Below are positions 59,145 to 64,000 of a stretch of 64,000 nt of DNA, piece by piece (position 1 is the stretch's first letter; every line of letters begins with the position of its first letter). The DNA lies in contig OZ242008.1 in the NCBI GenBank assembly GCA_965204735.1, positions 1,024,001-1,088,000 of the forward strand, read 5' to 3'. The notes beneath the pieces were generated by a model, which searched no databases, had not been told where the DNA came from, and worked only from the letters and a program-made list of their open reading frames with translations. Origin of the DNA: Longimicrobiales bacterium (lineage in GTDB: Bacteria; Gemmatimonadota; Gemmatimonadetes; Longimicrobiales; Gaopeijiaceae). A program made the translations under genes and the position numbers.

Positions 59145-60457
59145 ATCGGAACCGCGCGCTGGCAGCCCTCCGGCGGCGTTCCCTCCTCGACCTGCGCGTA
59201 GGCGTCGTGCTCGTGGATCGACTCGAAGTTGACGACGTGCACGTGGAACCACGTCACCTGCGCCACGGCCCTTAGGCGAACGGTGATCTCGCGGACCAAG
59301 TCCTCCACGAAGCGGGGGTTGTCGTAGGCGCGCTCGGTGACCCACTTCTCGTCGGCGCGCTTGAGCACGGGGTAGAGGCCGCACGAGGCCGACTCCTCCA
59401 CCAGCTCGACGAGTTCCTCGATCCACAGCTCGCCCGTGAAGCGGGCCTGCAGCGAGACCAAGCCGCGCTGGTTGTGGGCGCCCCGGGCGCTGATCTCCCG
59501 GGAGCAAGGGCAGAGGGTGGCGACGGGCACCTTCACCGTGAGGACGAAGTCGTCCTCGGAACCGCTGGAGGCGTCGAAGGCGCAGTCGTACGAGACGAGG
59601 CCGGCTGCGCCCGTCACCGGCGCGCGCTTCTCCATGAAGTACGGAAAGGAAACGCGAAGGTGGGCGGTCTCGGCGTCGAGCCGCCGACGCATGGTGCGGA
59701 GGATTCCGGGGATCGCCTCCACCGAGACTTCGCCGTCGTGGGAGTTGAGGATCTCCATGAAGCGGCTCATGTGGGTGCCCTTGAAGTGATGGGGCAGGTC
59801 CACCGACATCTCGATCACTCCCACGGTGTGCTGAGCCGCCTTCCTCCGGTCGCGGACCGCGATGGGGAAGCGGATGTTCTTGACCCCGACCCTGGCGATG
59901 GGGACTTGGCGCCCGTCGGGGTTGGCCTGGACGTCGACGAGAGGGTCCGCGTCGCCGCGGGGCCTGGAGCCGCCCGGAACCGGACCGTCGTCGGGGGTCG
60001 AGCGGGCGCCGGGCGGCGTGCCGGCGTCGGGCGCCTTCAAGGGCCTTCCTCGGGTGAGCGCCGGCTCGGGCTCGGTTCGCCGCCGATCGTCGATCCGGCG
60101 CATCTTCTTCTCCACTGCGGCCGCCAAGTCGATCCCCCGGCTGTTGGCGAAGTTGAGCAGGGCGATGCACACGTCGGCGGCCTCGTCGGCGAGGTCGGCG
60201 GCGTCCACCTGCCGGCCCTTCCAGGCCTTCTTCTCCAGATTGGCCAGCTCGCCGGTCTCGCCGGCCAGCTCCAGCGCGAAGAAGCGGGGCGGGCGGCAGG
60301 GGAAGGCAGCCGCCTGATAGCGCCGAAACTCGCCTTGCAGGGCCCGGAGTCCGCCGTAGCCTCTGGGCAGGCGCGCTCGCGTTCCGGTCGCGTCCAGCGG
60401 GGAGGCGGCCGGCCGCCCGCCGTCGGAGCGTCTCGATGGGTCTTGAGTCGTGGACAA
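59141..60457 (-). CDS. folE2: MazG-like pyrophosphohydrolase fused to GTP cyclohydrolase IB (FolE2)
   Basis: GETGELAN...LADEAADV (MazG), then DVQ...RVGVK, KGTHMSRF, TLCPCS, AHNQR, LKRADEK, NPRFVED and ESIHEHDA. TTG start with a GGAGGA RBS. Confidence 0.88.
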   Translation of the reverse strand: MSTTQDPSRRSDGGRPAASPLDATGTRARLPRGYGGLRALQGEFRRYQAAAFPCRPPRFFALELAGETGELANLEKKAWKGRQVDAADLADEAADVCIALLNFANSRGIDLAAAVEKKMRRIDDRRRTEPEPALTRGRPLKAPDAGTPPGARSTPDDGPVPGGSRPRGDADPLVDVQANPDGRQVPIARVGVKNIRFPIAVRDRRKAAQHTVGVIEMSVDLPHHFKGTHMSRFMEILNSHDGEVSVEAIPGILRTMRRRLDAETAHLRVSFPYFMEKRAPVTGAAGLVSYDCAFDASSGSEDDFVLTVKVPVATLCPCSREISARGAHNQRGLVSLQARFTGELWIEELVELVEESASCGLYPVLKRADEKWVTERAYDNPRFVEDLVREITVRLRAVAQVTWFHVHVVNFESIHEHDAYAQVEEGTPPEGCQRAVPI

Positions 60458-60521
60458 GCCAGTCCTCCAAGTCCGGGTTGGATTCGTGAAAAACTCTAAC
60501 GGAGGGAGCATATTGTCGAAC

Positions 60522-61541
60522 ATGCGTTCTCCTCCCTCCTCCGCGCTCGCCGCCCGCGACGGCGCCTCGCTGGACCGGCTGCTGCGGGCCACCAGCCGCA
60601 CCTTCGCCCTGGGCATCGTCCTCCTGCCCCCTCCGCTGCGGACCCAGGTCCGCGTGGCCTACCTGGTGCTCCGGGTGTCGGACTACCTGGAGGACAACCG
60701 GGTCATGTCGCCGGCGGAGAAGGTGCGGATGTTGCGGCTGTGGCACGGGGTGCTCCACCGACGCGCGCCGGTGGAGGAGCTCGTCGCCGGACTCGACGAC
60801 CAGCCGGGCCAGGACCCGATCCCGGACCTGCTGGCGGCGCGCCAAGCAGGGGCGATCTTCGCGGAGCTGGACGCCGTGGACGGCCGTGCCAGGGCCGCGA
60901 TCGCCCGACACGCCGGCCGTTCGACGCTGGGAATGGCCAGATGGGTCCGCCGCGGCCCGCACTTCGAGGACGAGGCCGACCTGGACGACTACATGCACGA
61001 GGTGGCGGGTCGGGTCGGGCACCTCCTGACGGACCTCTTTGGGCAATGGTCTCCGCGGATCCGACGCCGCCGAGACGAGTTGATGCGGCTGGGGCGGGAG
61101 TTCGGCCTGGCCCTGCAGACCGTGAACGTGATCCGGGGCATGAGTTCCGACCGGCGCCGGGGGTGGATATTCGTGCCCCGGTCCTTCCTTCCGCCGGGGA
61201 TGGCGCCGGCGGCGCTCTTCGAGCCGGAGAACCGACCCGCCGCGATGGACGTGCTGGCCCGCCTCTCCGACAAGGCGGCCCGCCACTTGGAGGCTGCCGT
61301 GAAGTACGTGACCCTGCTGCCGAGGACCCACGCCAGGGTCCGACTCTTCTGCGAGCTCCCCCTCTTCTTCGGGGCGAGGACGCTGGCCGCCAGCCGGGGC
61401 AACCCGTCGGTGCTCACGGAAGAAGTGAAGATCGGCCGGCGGGACGTGCGGGCGATCGCCCGACGCGCCCGCGCGTTCGGGGGCTCCAACGCCTGGGTGC
61501 GCTGGTACGCCGGACGGCTGGGGGGGCCAAGCAATGGCTGA
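60522..61541 (+). CDS. Squalene/phytoene synthase family protein
   Basis: TSRTF, YLVLRVSDYLED, YMHEVAGRVG and FGLALQTVNVIRG. Confidence 0.88.
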   Translation: MRSPPSSALAARDGASLDRLLRATSRTFALGIVLLPPPLRTQVRVAYLVLRVSDYLEDNRVMSPAEKVRMLRLWHGVLHRRAPVEELVAGLDDQPGQDPIPDLLAARQAGAIFAELDAVDGRARAAIARHAGRSTLGMARWVRRGPHFEDEADLDDYMHEVAGRVGHLLTDLFGQWSPRIRRRRDELMRLGREFGLALQTVNVIRGMSSDRRRGWIFVPRSFLPPGMAPAALFEPENRPAAMDVLARLSDKAARHLEAAVKYVTLLPRTHARVRLFCELPLFFGARTLAASRGNPSVLTEEVKIGRRDVRAIARRARAFGGSNAWVRWYAGRLGGPSNG

Positions 61542-62121
61542 CGGGGCCGCAGCGACGCCCCCGGGGGTCGAGCCGATCGCCGCCGGCGAGCTTCCGCCCG
61601 CCCGCATCGGCATCCTCGTCGTGTCCGACCGGGCGTTCCAGGGCGTGTACGAGGACCGAGGCGGCCCCGCCGTGCGCGCCTACTTGGAGCGGGTGCTGGC
61701 CAGCCCCTGGGAGGCCGTCGCCCGGGTCGTGCCCGACGAGGAGCCCGTGATCCGCGAGGCGCTCGCGGCGCTGGTGGACGCCGACGAGTGCTGCCTGGTG
61801 GTCACCACGGGCGGCACCGGCCCCGCCCCTCGGGACGTGACCCCCGAGGCCACCCTGGCCGTGATCGAACGGGAGCTCCCCGGCTTCGGCGAGGCGATGC
61901 GCACCGCCTCCCTGCGCGCCGTGCCCACCGCCGTGCTCTCCCGCCAGACGGCCGGCGTGCGCGGGCGGGCGCTGATCGTCAACCTCCCGGGCTCGCCGAA
62001 GGCGGTGCCCGAGTGCCTGGACGCCGTGTTCGCCGCCGTGCCGGACTGCGTGGACCTGATCGGCGGTCCCCGCCTGGAGACCGACCCGTCCCAAGTGGCG
62101 GCTTGGCGGCCCCACGACTGA
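61534..62121 (+). CDS. mog: Molybdopterin adenylyltransferase Mog
   Basis: VSDRA, VPDE, TTGGTGPAPRDVTPEAT and NLPGSP. Confidence 0.93.
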   Translation: MADGAAATPPGVEPIAAGELPPARIGILVVSDRAFQGVYEDRGGPAVRAYLERVLASPWEAVARVVPDEEPVIREALAALVDADECCLVVTTGGTGPAPRDVTPEATLAVIERELPGFGEAMRTASLRAVPTAVLSRQTAGVRGRALIVNLPGSPKAVPECLDAVFAAVPDCVDLIGGPRLETDPSQVAAWRPHD

Positions 62122-62247
62122 AGTGGCGGCCCCGCGACCGAAGACGGCTTCTCGCGGCCCTCCGAGGCGCGCTTGCTTATATTTGGGCGGGCGAGCCCGA
62201 AGGGCGCGCGCCGATGGACTGCCGTACGTCCCTTGACGGAGTTGCGA

Positions 62248-63459
62248 GTGGCAAACGCGGCCACGACGCCTGTCGTTCTGAGCGGGGCCAGGACCCCAGT
62301 CGGTCGGTTTCTTGGCGGATTGAGTCCCATGTCGGCCCCCGAGCTGGGCGCCGTCGCCCTGCGGGAAGCGGTCTCCCGGGCGGGAGTCCCGGGGGCCGAG
62401 ATCGACGAAGTGATCATGGGGAACGTGGTGAGCGCCGGAGCGGGACAGGCGCCCGCCCGCCAAGCAGCCGTGAGCGGCGGGGTCCCCGCCCACGTGCCCG
62501 CCGTGACCGTCAACAAGGTGTGCGGATCGGGACTGAAGGCGGTCATGCTGGCCGCCCAGGCCGTGCGCGCCGGCGACGCCCGGCTGGTCGCGGCGGGCGG
62601 CTTCGAGTCCATGTCCAACGTCCCCCACTACCTCCGGGGCGTGCGGAGGGGAGTGAAGTTCGGCGACCAGACCGTGCAGGACGGGCTCGTCCACGACGGG
62701 CTCTGGTGTTCCTTCGGAATGTGCCACATGGGCGGCCACGCCGAGTACACCGCCGCCAAGGCGGGCGTCGCCCGGGAGGACGCCGACGCCTTCGCCCTTG
62801 CGTCCCACCAGAAGGCGACGGCCGCCATCGACGGCGGCGCGTTCGGCGAGGAGGTGGTTCCCGTGACCGTGGCCGGGCGCCGGGGCGTCCGCGAGGTGAG
62901 CGTCGACGAGTGCCCGCGCCGGGACACTTCCATGGAAGCCTTGGCCAAGCTGCGCCCGGCGTTCCCCAAGGACGCTCCCAAGGGCCTGAACGACCTGGTG
63001 GTGACCGCCGGCAACGCCCCGGGACTGAACGACGGCGCCGCCGCGGTGGTGGTGGCCAGCCGGGAGTACGCCGAGGTCCACGGGCTGGCCTGCCAAGCGG
63101 TGATCACCGGATACGCCGCGGCGGGCACCGAGCCCCGGGACCTCTTCTTCGCCCCCGTCCGCGCGGTCCGCGCCCTCATGGAACGCGAGGGGACCGAGAT
63201 CGGCGACTACGGACTGGCCGAGGTGAACGAGGCGTTCGCGGTCCAGGCGGTGGCCGACATGCGGGAGCTGCGGATGGACCCGGACCGGGTCAACGTCCAC
63301 GGCGGCGCGGTGGCCCTGGGCCATCCCATCGGCGCGTCGGGCGCCAGAATACTGGTGACGCTCCTGGCCGCCATGGCCCAGCGGGACGTCGAGAAGGGAG
63401 TGGCCACCCTGTGCCTCGGCGGGGGTTCCGCCGTCGCCTTGGCCGTAGAGCGGGAGTAG
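62248..63459 (+). CDS. Acetyl-CoA C-acetyltransferase (thiolase)
   Basis: NKVCGSG, NEAFA, GHPIGASG and CLGGG. Confidence 0.95.
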   Translation: MANAATTPVVLSGARTPVGRFLGGLSPMSAPELGAVALREAVSRAGVPGAEIDEVIMGNVVSAGAGQAPARQAAVSGGVPAHVPAVTVNKVCGSGLKAVMLAAQAVRAGDARLVAAGGFESMSNVPHYLRGVRRGVKFGDQTVQDGLVHDGLWCSFGMCHMGGHAEYTAAKAGVAREDADAFALASHQKATAAIDGGAFGEEVVPVTVAGRRGVREVSVDECPRRDTSMEALAKLRPAFPKDAPKGLNDLVVTAGNAPGLNDGAAAVVVASREYAEVHGLACQAVITGYAAAGTEPRDLFFAPVRAVRALMEREGTEIGDYGLAEVNEAFAVQAVADMRELRMDPDRVNVHGGAVALGHPIGASGARILVTLLAAMAQRDVEKGVATLCLGGGSAVALAVERE

Positions 63460-63465
63460 ACCGAA

Positions 63466-64000
63466 ATGAATGCGAGAGCCGGAGCCCATCTCCCTGCCGT
63501 CGCCCTTCTCCGGCAGGCGGCGCACGCGGCCGCCTCGGCCGTGCCTCGGCCCGTCGCGCTTTCGGCCGGGGTCCTCCTCGTCGCGGCCGCGACCGCCTTG
63601 GGCGCGCGAGTGGCCGTGCCCCTGGGGTTCACGCCGGTCCCCATGACCCTCCAGACCCTGGTCGTTCTCCTTGCGGGCGCCCTGCTGGGTCCCGGCCGGG
63701 GCGCCGCGTCCCAGCTGGCGTACCTGGGCCTGGGCGCGGCGGGCGCCCCCGTCTTCGCCGCCGGGGGCACGGGCCTGCCGTGGCTCCTGGGGCCGACGGG
63801 AGGATACCTGCTGGCGTTCCCCCTGGCCGCCGCGGCCGTCGGCTGGATCGGCGGACCCGGGCGCGGAGCCCTGCGCTCGGCGGCGGGCTTGGCCGTCGGC
63901 ACGGCAACCGTCTTCGCGCTGGGGGCGGCGTGGCTGGCGGCGGCGACGGGCGCCGGCCCCCGAGAGGCCTTCGCGCTCGGGGTGCAGCCCTTCCTCGCCG
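63466..64000 (+). CDS. bioY: Biotin transporter BioY (runs off the window)
   Basis: Own translation: TPVPMTLQTLVVLLAGALLG...GAPVFA...GPTGGYLLAF. Confidence 0.9.
   Translation, partial: MNARAGAHLPAVALLRQAAHAAASAVPRPVALSAGVLLVAAATALGARVAVPLGFTPVPMTLQTLVVLLAGALLGPGRGAASQLAYLGLGAAGAPVFAAGGTGLPWLLGPTGGYLLAFPLAAAAVGWIGGPGRGALRSAAGLAVGTATVFALGAAWLAAATGAGPREAFALGVQPFLA

Overview
A high-GC bacterial chromosomal segment. The peptidase, beta-propeller and lipoprotein content suggests a Gemmatimonadota-like organism, but that assignment is inference only. A housekeeping backbone (sucA, large NAD-GDH, YhaO/YhaN, Ppx, SufU, XdhC, Mog, thiolase, BioY, rpmB/rpmG/rpmE2, peptidases, glycosyltransferases, a D-amino-acid operon) is interrupted by many small defence-type inserts. 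These inserts are a PLD-SNF2 helicase, a paired-ATPase/STAND-TPR operon with an upstream array of four 9-15-9 palindromes, MNT-HEPN, a GmrSD-like DUF262/DUF1524 nuclease, a convergent REase/N4-MTase pair, a Type IIG-like fused R-M enzyme, and an AAA_15/21 ATPase with a decayed TOPRIM-like partner. The best candidates for undescribed biology are (i) the effector-less two-NTPase STAND/TPR module with its palindrome array, (ii) a MazG-like pyrophosphatase fused to FolE2, next to Cys-poor ribosomal proteins, and (iii) a trypsin-like protease followed by a free-standing copy of its own N-terminal domain. Three frameshifts (about 1820, 24150 and 27660) and one in-frame TGA (54425) may be sequencing or assembly errors. 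No rRNA, tRNA, transposase, integrase or true CRISPR array was recognised. All family calls come from motif recognition by eye, with no database search.
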